DNA of 64,000 bases from Neodothiora populina (taxonomy: Eukaryota), in assembly GCF_041146345.1 (NCBI RefSeq), contig NW_027191415.1, positions 62,001-126,000 of the forward strand, written 5' to 3'. The notes beneath the pieces are model-generated. The model ran no database searches. It saw nothing but the letters and a program-made list of their open reading frames with translations, and was not told the DNA's origin. Within the stretch, counting starts at the first letter, position 1. Each line of letters starts with the position of its first letter. Positions 35,491 through 47,252 of the stretch are shown here, piece after piece. A program made the translations under genes and the position numbers.

Positions 35491-36338
35491 ATGCCTTCGG
35501 TGCAGCAACTCTTTTCCCTCGAGAGCGAGACCGCCCTTTGCACCGGCAGCACCCGTGGTATAGGACTGTCCATGACTCTGGCACTCGCAGAAGCCGGCGC
35601 AGACATTATTCTTGTCCAGGTATGAATTGAAAATGAATCATGCAGCTCGTCTCGATCAGTATCGCTAACTCTCCTCAGCGTGACGAGTCCAACCAAACCA
35701 CAAAACAGCAAGTCGAAGCACTGGGAAGGAAATGCACAATCTACACAGCCGACCTCTCCTCGAAAGCATCCCTCAAGGGCCTGGTGTCACGCATCACCGA
35801 CACCGACGGCCACAAGGTCACGATTCTCCTGAACTGCGGCGGCATCCAGCGCCGCCACCCCTCTCACCAGTTCCCCGACTCGGACTGGGACGAAGTGCTG
35901 CAAGTGAACCTCAACGCCGTCTTCACGCTGTGCCGCGACGTGGGCGCCCACATGCTGGCCCGCGAACCCGACGCGACCGGCCGACGAGGCAGCATCATCA
36001 ACATTGCCTCTCTGCTGACCTTCCAAGGCGGCATCACTGTGCCCGCGTACGCGGCGTCCAAAGGCGGTGTCGCGCAGCTGACGAAAGCCCTCAGCAACGA
36101 ATGGGCCGCAAAGGGAATCAATGTCAATGGCATCGCGCCGGGATACATCGACACGGACATGAACGTGGCGCTGATCAACGACGAGGCCAGAGCGGCGGGC
36201 ATCATGGCTAGGATCCCCGCGGGCAGGTGGGGCAGACCGGATGATTTCAAGGGCGCGGTTGTGTTTTTGGCTAGCAGAGCATCGGTCTACGTCACTGGGG
36301 AGGTGTTGTTGGTCGACGGTGGCTGGATGGGCCGATAG
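35491..36338 (+). CDS. Short-chain dehydrogenase/reductase, KduD / 5-keto-gluconate reductase-like (262 aa; exons 35491-35619, 35679-36338)
   Basis: [68 protein letters not shown]: the KduD-like signature. Arg rather than Asp after beta-2 (LVQRD) suggests NADP(H). Confidence 0.92.
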
Positions 36339-37472
36339 AGTGTGTGCCTTTTGTGCAATACCAAAATCTAGTAGGAATAGAGAGATGACATCCCCCTAAC
36401 ACATTCAATTTTTCACTTTTCACTCACTCTCTCCTTTCTTCTCTGTTTCAGATCATCATAAAGTGTAGACAGATCCGCCAATCTCTCTATCTGATCCTCA
36501 GCTATCTAGGGCACCGCACGGTACCGTAAAAAGGTGGACAGTACACCCCACTTGTTTTTTCAAACGCCGACGCACGTACTCCGTACAGTAAAACCAACCC
36601 CGCCACAGCGACGGACGGAAAAACAGTGGGCCGGAGTCGCCCGACGTGGGGTGGGAAGACCGAGAACCTAGACCCCAACTCAGACCCATTGTCTCGCAGC
36701 GACTTGCGCCTGAATTATAGGATACGGTTGATGGAGGGTTGTCGAGTGTGTCTACTCCGCTTTGTGCTCCGGCTATGGTATTCTGTAAACTTTGACATTG
36801 TCCATTCGCAGTAGAATGGTTGTGTATGGCTCCTGATAGACTTTCGTACTCGTTCATTCACAGAAGGCAAGAGGAGAGCACGTGTCACATGTCACATGGG
36901 GTCATAATGTAAATAATCCACCGATCATCCAGTGAACATGACACTTATTGCTCGCCAGGTGGGATTCATGACTCTGCCATGTCGTGTCTGCCTCGTATCT
37001 CTTCTCCTTGTCGCCTGCCTTCTAGACCTTCTGCGGGGAGCACTCCCTGATCTGCTTGCTTTGGTCCCCCTGGTCGGCATTGTGTCTATCGTCTCATCAT
37101 CGCTTTTAAGAGACCCCTACACCGGTCAGGCTGGGGGGAGCGACAATCGTGGGGCTGATCTATGCGAGCGTCTTGAGCGAGCGTGCTTCTTCGGACGAGA
37201 GCCTGTATTCTCGAGGTGTTCTGCATAGGAGCAGAGGCTACGCCTTTGCCCTGTGGCACGACGACGAGGAAGGTAAGTACTTGGCAACATTCGTGCCTTT
37301 GTTCGTACAAGTCTGCTGGGTCGGAGCTGGGATTGTCCATGACAGACCGTGGAGCCGGAGGTATTTGTTCCATGGCTCTCCTCGAGTATACCGAATCTAA
37401 GTCGCTTCGAGGATGGATTGACTGGGCGGTGTACACACGTAGGACAAAAAAGAACAGACTTGTCGTAACGTC

Positions 37473-38558
37473 TCAGCCTCGATGGCCGTCCAGAGGTCCC
37501 CCTGTCAACCCATGAAAGACCTTGGTGACGGCGTTCATGCCCTTTGTCAAGTGCGGATGTCTGTTCGGACTGCTGGCATGAGCCCCTGCTGCGCCACCGC
37601 TGGCCTCGCTATTTTTGACGGCGTCCTTGCCATTCGCCTGCTTGTCGTTGTTGTTATTCGCATGACTGTTCTTTTTGCTCGTGGCCACGCTGGGCTCCGG
37701 GGCTGCTGGTTTCGGCGGCCAGTTCCCTTCCTCTTTCCAGCCGTGTATTAACGCGTTGGTGATGTCCTGCAGGTTTATGGGAATGGTGGGTGTGCGCGCC
37801 TGTAAGATGACTTTGGAGTAAATCTCCGAGTATGTGTGAGATGTGATGCGCCGCCGCACAGGGTGATTCGGTAGAAGCCTGGGCGCAATGGGAAGCAGGA
37901 CGCTTGCATCTTCTGCAATGGCCAAAGGTTGTGTCTTGGGCTCGACAATAGCTGGCGCTGTGCTCGCCGTCTTATCTGCTTCGTCGACTGCATCCGCTGG
38001 ATTCGCTTGCCGCATCTGGTTGCTCCTCGCTGCAGTCCATGCATTTCTCTGAGCGCTGTAGTGAGCAAGACCAATGTTCCACGTCATCTCTTCCTCCGAC
38101 TTCTCCTGTCTCTTTCTTTTCCGCGCTTCTTTCTGCGCCGTCACACTCCCGCCGGAATTACTCAATTGAGACATTGACGTCGCTGCAGAATGGCTGCTGC
38201 CGCTCTTACGTCCAATCTGCACGGCCCTCAGTCCGCTGCTGATGACCCTGTCCTCTCCGTCCTCGTCATCCGACGTCTCGTTGTCGCTATACACTCTCTC
38301 CCGCCACCCAATGGGCTCAAAGTCAATCGAACTCGACCGCGTCATGACAGCGGCAGCAGTGCTGCTCTGCGGGCCATCCATGACATGTGCCGCCACGGCC
38401 TCTTTGGCGTTCGGCAAGACGTACGCACTCGTGTGCGTGTGCGGGTGTGGAGCGCTGGGGTACTCCCAGTCATTGCGCACTTTGTCCTGCAGCATGCGGC
38501 GCGCCTCTCGCGTTTCTTCCTGCGCGTGCCCATGCGGCAGTCCTAGATGTAAAGGCAT
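37473..38558 (-). CDS. Gag1-like clamp (DUF4050) domain protein (361 aa)
   Basis: W.IGL.HY..QR.AW and Y.EIY.KV.....PT.PINL.D...AL..GWK..G.WP motifs recognised from this family. Single long ORF. Confidence 0.7.
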   Translation of the reverse strand: MPLHLGLPHGHAQEETREARRMLQDKVRNDWEYPSAPHPHTHTSAYVLPNAKEAVAAHVMDGPQSSTAAAVMTRSSSIDFEPIGWRERVYSDNETSDDEDGEDRVISSGLRAVQIGRKSGSSHSAATSMSQLSNSGGSVTAQKEARKRKRQEKSEEEMTWNIGLAHYSAQRNAWTAARSNQMRQANPADAVDEADKTASTAPAIVEPKTQPLAIAEDASVLLPIAPRLLPNHPVRRRITSHTYSEIYSKVILQARTPTIPINLQDITNALIHGWKEEGNWPPKPAAPEPSVATSKKNSHANNNNDKQANGKDAVKNSEASGGAAGAHASSPNRHPHLTKGMNAVTKVFHGLTGGPLDGHRG

Positions 38559-38731
38559 CTTTGCTGTTTATGCCCGGTCCTGCGGGTCTGCCGTGAGGCT
38601 GTTCTGACGCTCGCAATGCTTGATTCGCTCTGGAAGTTGCGGAGGACTGACTGTAGTGTATGCACAGAGTAGCGCGCGAGATAAAAGAGGCTGCAATACT
38701 CGGGAGAACTACCTCGTGCGCATCTTTGGTG

Positions 38732-38733
<2 letters not shown>

Positions 38734-38762
<29 letters not shown>
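38734..38762. repeat. (TC)n microsatellite upstream of the Gag1-like gene
   Basis: Directly visible perfect TC run of about 14 units. Confidence 0.9.
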
Positions 38763-38766
<4 letters not shown>

Positions 38767-39804
38767 TAGATTATAGCCATAGTCGCCCGAACCGAGAATG
38801 CCGAATTGTCTTTTGGTCGATGATGGAATGTTTTATTATTATTAATCAATTAATTATGTAATGAGTTGAGTCCATATCAATCGGGGGCTACCTCTCGCAG
38901 ACGACGCAATCGATAGTGGTTTTTTCCTCTGGACAGGACAATCAGAAGAAAAATTGTCGGGAGAAGATCTTTTTGGGGTTCTGATTGGTGGTGGTATATG
39001 GTGTGGTGTGGTGCAGGTATAGAAGACGTCATGCGACAATAAAGGGTCGATCCGGACACTCGAAACGGACAAGGTTACCTACCTACTTTAACTTTTTACT
39101 GACATAATATACTGCTGGCAGCTGGTTGCTACTTGTACAATCTCGAGTACTCAATTATCACCGGTACCACTACTGACCAAGGTAATCAGGTACAGTAACA
39201 ACTGCTTCTGCCGGCTGCCGTCGCAACACTGCTACAAGGGCATCTCTTGCCCTGTCCTGCTTGAGATACAAGTACATGGACATACAGTAATTACTCGCAA
39301 CCCTGGGAAAATTCAGTAGATCATTAAAGCGGGGTCGGTCCGAATCGTCCGGATGGCTGCGCTATAATTTCATACCAGCAATCCGACACATCTCTGAGGG
39401 CCGAGCACGAACCTCGACTCATACCAGACACAAGCAAACACGCTTCTATTCGTAGTTGGTTACGACCAGGAGTGTCACGATGCATGAGAACAACAAGTTC
39501 GTGCGCTTATACCGTCAATAAAAGGACATTAGATGTCGTTCGTAATAGGGTTATATATATGCCTGGTGAAAACCTCATCTGCTGCAGACACAAGGTGTGT
39601 GTACACACATACAAGTTCAGGAAGAGAAGAAGAGTAATAGTCGTCTCAAAGGACGTTTGGAATCGCGAATTAACCTCCCCGCCATCTCTGCTCGCTGAAA
39701 TGCAGCCATGAACACTCTAGACTTTTTCTCCCACGATCCGGATCGTCTGTGAAGCGCCCGCGCTCGGCATGACTTCCGCTCATGGATTGCTTTTATTCTT
39801 CCCT

Positions 39805-40811
39805 TTATAAGACCATGACCACGAGACCAGCTACGAAAGCCAGTGCGCCGAAGGATGCACCGAGCTGAGCTGCAGCTCCGGTCTGGGTCGAGGAAGCGGC
39901 GGCGGCAGAGCCTGACGAGGACGCAGAGGATGAGCCCGTCGAAGAGGATGAAGATCCCGTCTTGGTCGATGTCCTGAGAGAGCTGGCCATAGACGCAGCA
40001 GAGCCCGAGGGCTTCACATCGGTTGAGTTAGCAAAACCCCAACCTGTGAATGCAGCTGCGCCGCTGGTGCCTTTAAATACCAAAGAAGAGCTGGTCGCTG
40101 TCGTGCCGTTGCTGCCTGTAGCGCTGGCCTCGGACGCAGCAGATGTGACAGCTGAAGCGCCAGCAGATGCGACAGAGGAAGCGGCTGAAGTTGCGCTGGC
40201 GACGACAGAAGAAGCAGACTCAGAGATATCCGTGACCGCGGCTGCTACCTTCGCGGCAGGAGTACTGGTCACAACATGTGCGGAGCTTGCAGACTCGGGT
40301 GCCGAAGAGGTCTCCGCAGTGGACGCGGAAGCTGAGCTTGCAGACGAAGAGCCGCCGCTGCTGTACTGATCGTTTGAGATGCCAAACTGTGTGGTGTCTG
40401 TGTGTTCCTGTCAGTCCGCTGCTCCGATCCAAGGCAATACAAAAGACTCGACATACATTGGTAGGTACCATCTTCGGCGACGAGCTGAATACCGTAACCA
40501 GTGGGCTGGCTCGGCTCTAGGTCAGAGGTAGGGGTCCAGTCATAGTTGCCGCTGTTGTCGATGCTATCGGCAATCGTCTTGACGGTGACGCAGTTCGTTG
40601 AAGGACCGTGGCAAAGCGTCAGGGAGACCTTGCCCTTGGTGGTGGGGTCCCATGTAATAGTGAAAGGCTTGCCGGCAGGCACGACGGAGTTGAGTCCAGG
40701 CTCGTAAATGGCGTTACCCGATGGCGTATCACCTTTGGCTGTGTAGACTGCAGAGACCACGGGACCGAAGACGGCAAGGCCGGCAGTGAACAGGGTAAGA
40801 GTGGGAGACAT
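39805..40811 (-). CDS. GPI-anchored Ser/Thr-rich cell-surface protein with Kre9/Knh1-like N-terminal domain (315 aa; exons 40811-40457, 40397-39805)
   Basis: Signal peptide; GNAI..PGL...VPAGKPFTITW.PT..G.V.L.L..GPS.N...IADSIDNSG.Y.WTP...YGIQL...YQYTTQFGISN; S/A/T-rich stalk; hydrophobic C-terminus after TGAA. Confidence 0.85.
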
Positions 40812-41999
40812 TGCGTATACGAGGATAAAAGATAACAATGATGGAGTCAAATGCTTGTTTCCCCTTTCCTTGCTTCGTGTTTCGATAGTAACGTATTGCT
40901 TTATCCGGACACGATGGATGGTTTATACAGATTTTTATGCGTGTTGGTAGCAAAATTGGTGAGAGAAAACCGATTGGATTCGGGATGCGAATGCAGTAAT
41001 AAAGATTCTTGATTTAACGAATGGCTGAAGAGCAAAAAAGCCTTCTTCATTGAGCGAGCGTGATGGACTAAAACTGGTGGGCGAAAAGAATGGACGAACC
41101 GTTCCGTGTTGTCGTGGTGGCAGTCTCACGATATAAACGTCCAAACGAGTAAGGAGGCAGGGTGCAATCACCAATGTACGGCACTATAACGCTGATTCAA
41201 GGCCTCCATCTCTCTTCGGCGTCTAAACTTAGTGGCCCAGATGTCATGGCGGTCATTGCTCTTTGCTCATCAGAACGTGCTCCCTCCTGGCCCATGACAT
41301 TTGCTTGATTCATCATTTCGCCTATTGTCAGGCCGGAGTAAACATGTCTGGACGGGCTGCATGTTCCACTAAGATGACCGTAGAGAGCTTGATGAGGTTA
41401 AACATCGATCAGTCGTGTCTTGGCGCAATTTCCTCCCGCCTGGCTAACTCCTTGGCCCCAAATTAGCTTCGAGGGCGCCGACCGTCGTTGCAAATCGATA
41501 AGGCACCAGCCTCGAACGCGATGGACTGGTCTGCTATCGCGAGTCACGCACGCGACGGGCGTCACAACGTTCAAATTTTGGAAAGGTCAAGAGGTAAAAT
41601 TGCAGATATAGTACATAGTGGGGTTGGGAATAACGTCCTGTGATGCGGCTCCTTCGCGCGTCTCGGGTTTAAATCAAGAGATAAAAGCTGTGGTGCGCTC
41701 CGCCACAGTCTTTTCTGACTAGGAAGAACGGTAGCGAGTTACGCCTGACAGACTGGTGTGATCTAGTCATGTCGAATGCCTTATGCCAGGGACGGGTCGT
41801 GTTTTCATATTTTTAGCAATTGTTGCAGGCTCGTAAAATCGTAGAATGCATAAACAATTGAGCAATCGTTAGTCGTGGCTTTCATCATTCATGGTGAAGG
41901 TTGCAGATGAGCTAGTAAGGCTCGGATTTTGTATAGGGCGTCCATCAAAGCGGACATAGCCGTTGTGATCCTGGCTGACGTACCGACTTGGCCGAGGTT

Positions 42000-43511
42000 C
42001 TAACTACATTGACCAGGGTCTGGAGAAGTAGGTTAGCGGAGACTTGCAGCATGAGTCATTGATTCATCTTACGGTTTCTGTTCGTGACGGGATTGGGATA
42101 GACGCCTCCGGCAAGAAGAGCTTGCATGTCCCACTCCGGGGCACCCTCGGTCTTCCAGGTCCAGAAGATCCAGCCAGCAGCCTTTTCATAGGCATCCATC
42201 TGAGCCTCTACGAAGCGACCGATATTGTCCTTGTCGGCTGAGCTGAGGTCGGCGACGAAACCCGAATATTTTCCATCACAGCTGCCAATATAGTACGACG
42301 ACTGACCATTATAATTGTAGGTTCCATCGTACCTACGCGATCGATTGTGTTAGTACATGGATGACACCATTGAACATCAAGAGATGCTTACCTGGCCCCA
42401 ACACCCCGTCCGTTGAGCCACTTTGCACAATCTGTGAAAGCTCCACTCCATTCACCAGCAATGGTCCACTTGTTGTTCGTCGACATGGACCCACCAAAGC
42501 CACAAGCTGTGCTCAAGTGATCCTTGGGACTAGCTTCCAATTCGCCAGAAGAAAAGACTTCATAGTGATGTGTGTCCAGGAGTAGGTTCCACATGCCAGA
42601 TCCCCACTCATTCCAAGCAGTGACGCCTTCGAATGCATCATGGAACGTGATAGCAACATTGCTGTTTTGCAGGTCACCCCATCCGTCCATATAGAATTGA
42701 CGCACAGTGTCCATATTGAGAGAGGGACCCAGTGGCTCGTTCAGCAGCTCGATCGCAGCCACAGCCGAATGCCCGGCCAGATCGTCACGGAGCTGTTTGA
42801 GCGCCTGGAGCGTCTCATCAACCGTATTGCCTTGAGTCCATCCTACGCTTCCACGCTGGCCCGAATTGTCGAAGCCGTTCTGGGAACCGGGAGCTGTAGA
42901 CTTTTGTCAGTGGTTTCCTAGATGCATCTAGAAAGAGAGGCTGCTCTCACCTCCGTGCAGATCGATCAATACTTTGAGGCCTGCTCCTCCAGCCCAATCA
43001 CAGGCAGCATGAAGATACTCATAGGCACCCTTGATGTACGGCGAGCTGTCGTAGCCGATCTCGGAACCGGTGATGGACCAGTAGCCGATTGGGATTCTCA
43101 CAAAATTCATACCCGCCGCCGCGATGGCGTACATGTCAGACTCTTGAATCCAGCTCGACCAGTGCGGGGTGAGTCGCGAGTTACCCTCATCTTGCCCATA
43201 CTGCTGGCCATAGGTATATTCGTCTACAACGTTGTCTGGAGTCGCCTCGAATACACTAGGTGTGATCCATGGTTCGAGCACCAACCATCCGCCCAGGTTA
43301 ACACCCCGAACTTTCTCATCGCCGAAGCCAAATTTGAGGGTGTCATCGCGTTTCAGGTAAGAACTACAGCAAGATTAGCGCGTTTGCAGAGCCAGTAAAG
43401 AATTCATCACTAGTGAAGAACTTACAATCCACGAGTTGGCGCAGCATTAATTATGTTTGGCAGCCAGACAAAAGCTGCCAGGGTTGAGGTGATGACTGGG
43501 TTGCACCGCAT
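42000..43511 (-). CDS. EXG1: Secreted GH5 exo-beta-1,3-glucanase, Exg1-like (426 aa; exons 43511-43426, 43363-42951, 42893-42392, 42332-42073, 42019-42000)
   Basis: Signal peptide plus KR; VRGVNLGGWLVLEPWITPS, VRIPIGYW, DLHGAPGSQNGFDNSG, IELLNEP (acid/base), DTHHYEVF, GEWSGA.TDCAKWLNG (nucleophile), GWIFWTWKTE. Confidence 0.93.
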
Positions 43512-45154
43512 GTTTGATAAGAGATGACAGTACAAATTCCAGAAGGATTTGAGTAAGCTGGAAGGATGGTGACAATGTTATGCAGTTTATTGACCATGTA
43601 TGTATTGTTACGATGCAGAGTTCAAAATATGTTCACCGAAGTAAATGTTATTGCATTGATGATGAAGCGAAGAACAACTTCTGATTCACTTCATGGGACG
43701 CCACCGACATTTATATAAGTCCTGTCTCACGTTGTTTAACGGAGATGCTTTGCAATACAACCGTTACTTGCATGACCACGAGACCTCCTCGCAGGTTGAT
43801 CATACCAACTTGACGCTCGCATGAGTCCACAATTGCCAATGACTTTTTAAACATTTTTGAGCTATGTACACTGAGGTATGCGGGGCCATTGGCAAGAAAT
43901 GAGGCACAGGGTCTGTTTACCCACAGGGATGACGGGTTAGAGGCGTCAGGCACACATTCTCAGTGGCTGGACGCACAGTAAGCTCCGACTGATGGCAAAT
44001 TTAAAGTCGCGGATATCCTTCGGCTCGGAGACTTGGTCCAAGTACAATTACCTTGCTTCATATGCAATGATCTGTTAGATCAGCTGGCATCCCACAGTGA
44101 AGGTTCTACTCCACTTCGCCTACCAATGACTAAGTCTGATCACCCTAACGGCAGCGATTTGCCGTCACACGGACATGGAATGCTGTCCAGTATGCCGTCA
44201 GTGAAGTCGCCTATGACTAAATGTAGTAGGTGTATCAGAACGACCCGCCTGGCCGTCGGACGATGCACCATGCATATACTCTCTACGTCAGATGCCGTTA
44301 GGCTGACTGAGTGAAATATGAGATCGCGGGGCACATCTGTGGGGAACATGGGGTATGCACGCGACCGGTCGCACTTTCTCTGAGGTTGTAACAGCGGCGG
44401 CTCCCACCAACACAAAAGGCGGAAGCAAGAGTACAATTACCAGGTGGGTATCCAGTCCAGTGCACGAGACGCAATGGAGGATTGGCTTTGGTCGATGTTG
44501 CGTTAGGTTGCAATGATCGCATCGGATCACCTCAAACGATCGCATCCTCTGTAGCAGAACTCCACGGTATCACACGTGTTGATTTGCGAAGCAGATCAGG
44601 CTCATGCTGCTCTCCTGCACGCTGCACGCTGCACGCTGCACTGTGACTCGTGATTAGAACGTCGATCTATCACTCAAGTAGACATCGTAAAGATGCAAGC
44701 AAAGGCGGAGTGCAGACGATCATCTTCCTTCCAGAACATGAAGCCTTCGCCTCCACCAACGGAGATCGCACCGGTATGGTACAAGTACATAGTAAACAGC
44801 TATCCGTGTGTCAAGCCGCTTCTTTAGGGCATTCTCTCGACTTCTGCTGGTCAGTATGGCGTCGCTTTGAAGGTCACACGCTCGCAAAGATCTGCTCATA
44901 CGTGCCTTGCTTTTGTGCCTAAATTTCCTCTAACAACCAATCGAGAGAGATGACTCGTTCGACGACAGCACAGATCGTCGCCTACCGAAAGCCTCGGCAA
45001 GATGCTCTTGGCGTTGTGGCTGGAGCACGTGATGGTACTCTTCCATCGCTCCACTGCGTTCGCGGAAACGGACCGCCACATCCCTCATCGCTGCAGTGCA
45101 ACCTTTGGGGCCTTGTGCGCCCGAGTGATACGGAAAGCCCCATGTCGTTCAATT

Positions 45155-46333
45155 ATGCGCTCCTGCGAGTCGCACGATCGACCACAAACTCTCAAGCAAG
45201 CGAAGAAAGCTTTCAAGGCTCGAGGTCCGACATCGGTATCGGTGGAGCAAAGGCGAAAGCTTGAGCGCGGGGCTGAGCTGATAGAGCGTGCCTCACGGTG
45301 TAAACAACAAGAAGAGCGTAAAGCGTTGTTGGAATCTAAAAGAGAAGAAAAAGAGTCTACCAAAAAGCAGCAGCAGCAGCAAGTTCATTTGGGCACACAG
45401 CGAAAGCTCGATAAATTCGGGTATAAATCATCTCAGCTCCACTTGGGCGCCTTCTGGAAACCACCCCAGCCTTCAATAAACGCATCAGCGGGCGAAGAGA
45501 AAGCCTCCTCTCAGCCGTGGGACGACGACCTTCTGGATGACGACACCTTGCTTGACATAGTGAATGAGTCCCCTGATTGGAACTGTGTAGATTTACGGCA
45601 AGGTAATATCACTGCTGCAGCTGTGCTTCCGACGAGGCTATCATGTCCGGCACTTCCCTCGTCGAACGTCGACGGAGATCCTGATCCATGGAGCGACTGC
45701 GATGACAGCAATACACAACTGGCTTGCGAGCTGTCCAATGAATGCTCCGGGACTCGAGATCAACCCCCTGCATCCTCCATATCTTTCGGATCTTTCGGAT
45801 CCAGTGATTTCGACCTTACTTCAGATGATCTTGACGCCCTGGATGCCTCTGTATCACGGAATGTATTTACCGCGTTGAATCAAAGACGCCCCCAAGATAT
45901 GTCGGCTTCCAAAACTCCAGTAACGCCACAGAAGCATTTCGTGTTCTCCTACGCCTACGGGAAGGATGATGGTTCAGTTTTCTCGCCACCAAAATTCGTA
46001 AATGAAGAAACCAAACTACTGTCACCGTCGGTGCAAAAGCGTGCTAGGCGGGCTGGCCTGACGGGAAATGCGCGACCCTCTGAACAAGTGAGAAGTCACA
46101 GCGAAGACCGCAAACTCATGTCACCGCCACCGACATTGATATCGCATCGACGCAATGAGATCGATACTCCTTGCCCCAAACAAAAGCCAGCACTTGTTCG
46201 TACATCTGAGCTACATCGCTACAAGGCGTCGGTGCCAACGCTCGCGAGTCTCGAGGTAGCACATGACATCAGTATAGCCGAACTCGAATATTTTGCACAG
46301 GTCGAGATCAATCTGACGCAAGATGCTGGATGA
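45155..46333 (+). CDS. Hypothetical protein: basic/coiled N-terminal region then acidic low-complexity region
   Basis: 443-codon ORF from 45002. ATG 45155 is preferred because the protein-like segment (PQTLKQAKKAFK..GP..S..QRRKLERGAEL..RA) starts just after it. No family recognised. Confidence 0.6.
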   Translation: MRSCESHDRPQTLKQAKKAFKARGPTSVSVEQRRKLERGAELIERASRCKQQEERKALLESKREEKESTKKQQQQQVHLGTQRKLDKFGYKSSQLHLGAFWKPPQPSINASAGEEKASSQPWDDDLLDDDTLLDIVNESPDWNCVDLRQGNITAAAVLPTRLSCPALPSSNVDGDPDPWSDCDDSNTQLACELSNECSGTRDQPPASSISFGSFGSSDFDLTSDDLDALDASVSRNVFTALNQRRPQDMSASKTPVTPQKHFVFSYAYGKDDGSVFSPPKFVNEETKLLSPSVQKRARRAGLTGNARPSEQVRSHSEDRKLMSPPPTLISHRRNEIDTPCPKQKPALVRTSELHRYKASVPTLASLEVAHDISIAELEYFAQVEINLTQDAG

Positions 46334-47252
46334 ACGTCGTGCAACTTCTTCATGTTATGATATTCTTCTTCATATCATGATCGACGAACCATTTTCACGA
46401 TTAGCTCGGGGAACAAAATTTTGGCCTCTTGTTGAAATGCACCCTGCTTGCTTGTGCCGTCGCATCTCAAAATCTCGCTTTAGCACACCAGGACTCAGAC
46501 TCCAGCATTTGATACGACGAACTATGCGGCGTGGCTGACAGCTACAATTGGATACAGGCGAACCACAATCTTCGGTACGCTACCGTCGCCTTTGGACTCA
46601 TTCTCATAGGCGGTAGCTAATTTCTTCTGTCTAGGTTTGAATAGTTACGGCACGAACAGGACTTGGTAGAGGCGGTCAGTCCTGTGCACTGAACAATGAA
46701 CCTTAGCCGGTCCGGACACTTACTACAATGCAAGAAGCAGAAAAAGGGATATCGTTGCAACGAGGGACCAGTCAAACCATGCATACATCGAAGCAACCCT
46801 GTATAGAGTTTGATTAAACCACAGTGGACACGATTACGAAGAGTACGCTCCCATAAGAGAATGGTCTCATGTCATACAAACCCTGCATGGGATTATCGCG
46901 CATTCTTGCAATCGCGCCGAGGAATGGAAAGGCCAAGGACTTCGCGATGCCAAGTCAGCGCACCGATGTGTGTTTATCGGCGCAACTGCAAGATAGCCGG
47001 AGAACTCCCATGTCAACAGGCTTATTGCGAAAGTTTATAGACACTCACTAGCATTTACACAAAGTTCAGAAGTGGGACCTCAAACGTAGATGTGTTTAAC
47101 AACTTCGTGTCAAGACTGTGACAAGACACCAGCTAAAGCAAATATCTACAGTAGTCTCGAAGTTTCGTATCTATAATTATGTCTAGAAAAATGTGCGCTC
47201 AACAAGGATGATCCCAAACGACCCATGTATGCTGAAATCGCTATCAGACTTT

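Noticed and set aside
36336..36373. Stop-codon readthrough giving cryptic peroxisomal (PTS1) tails on cluster enzymes; the SDR extension would end in TKI
   Set aside because: None of the four stop codons has the TGA-CTA readthrough context, and TKI is not a convincing PTS1.
22126..43511. Possible cell-wall gene cluster (DUF3405, AA11, GPI protein, Exg1)
   Set aside because: The genes are spread over 21 kb and interleaved with unrelated genes; such genes are common enough for chance proximity.
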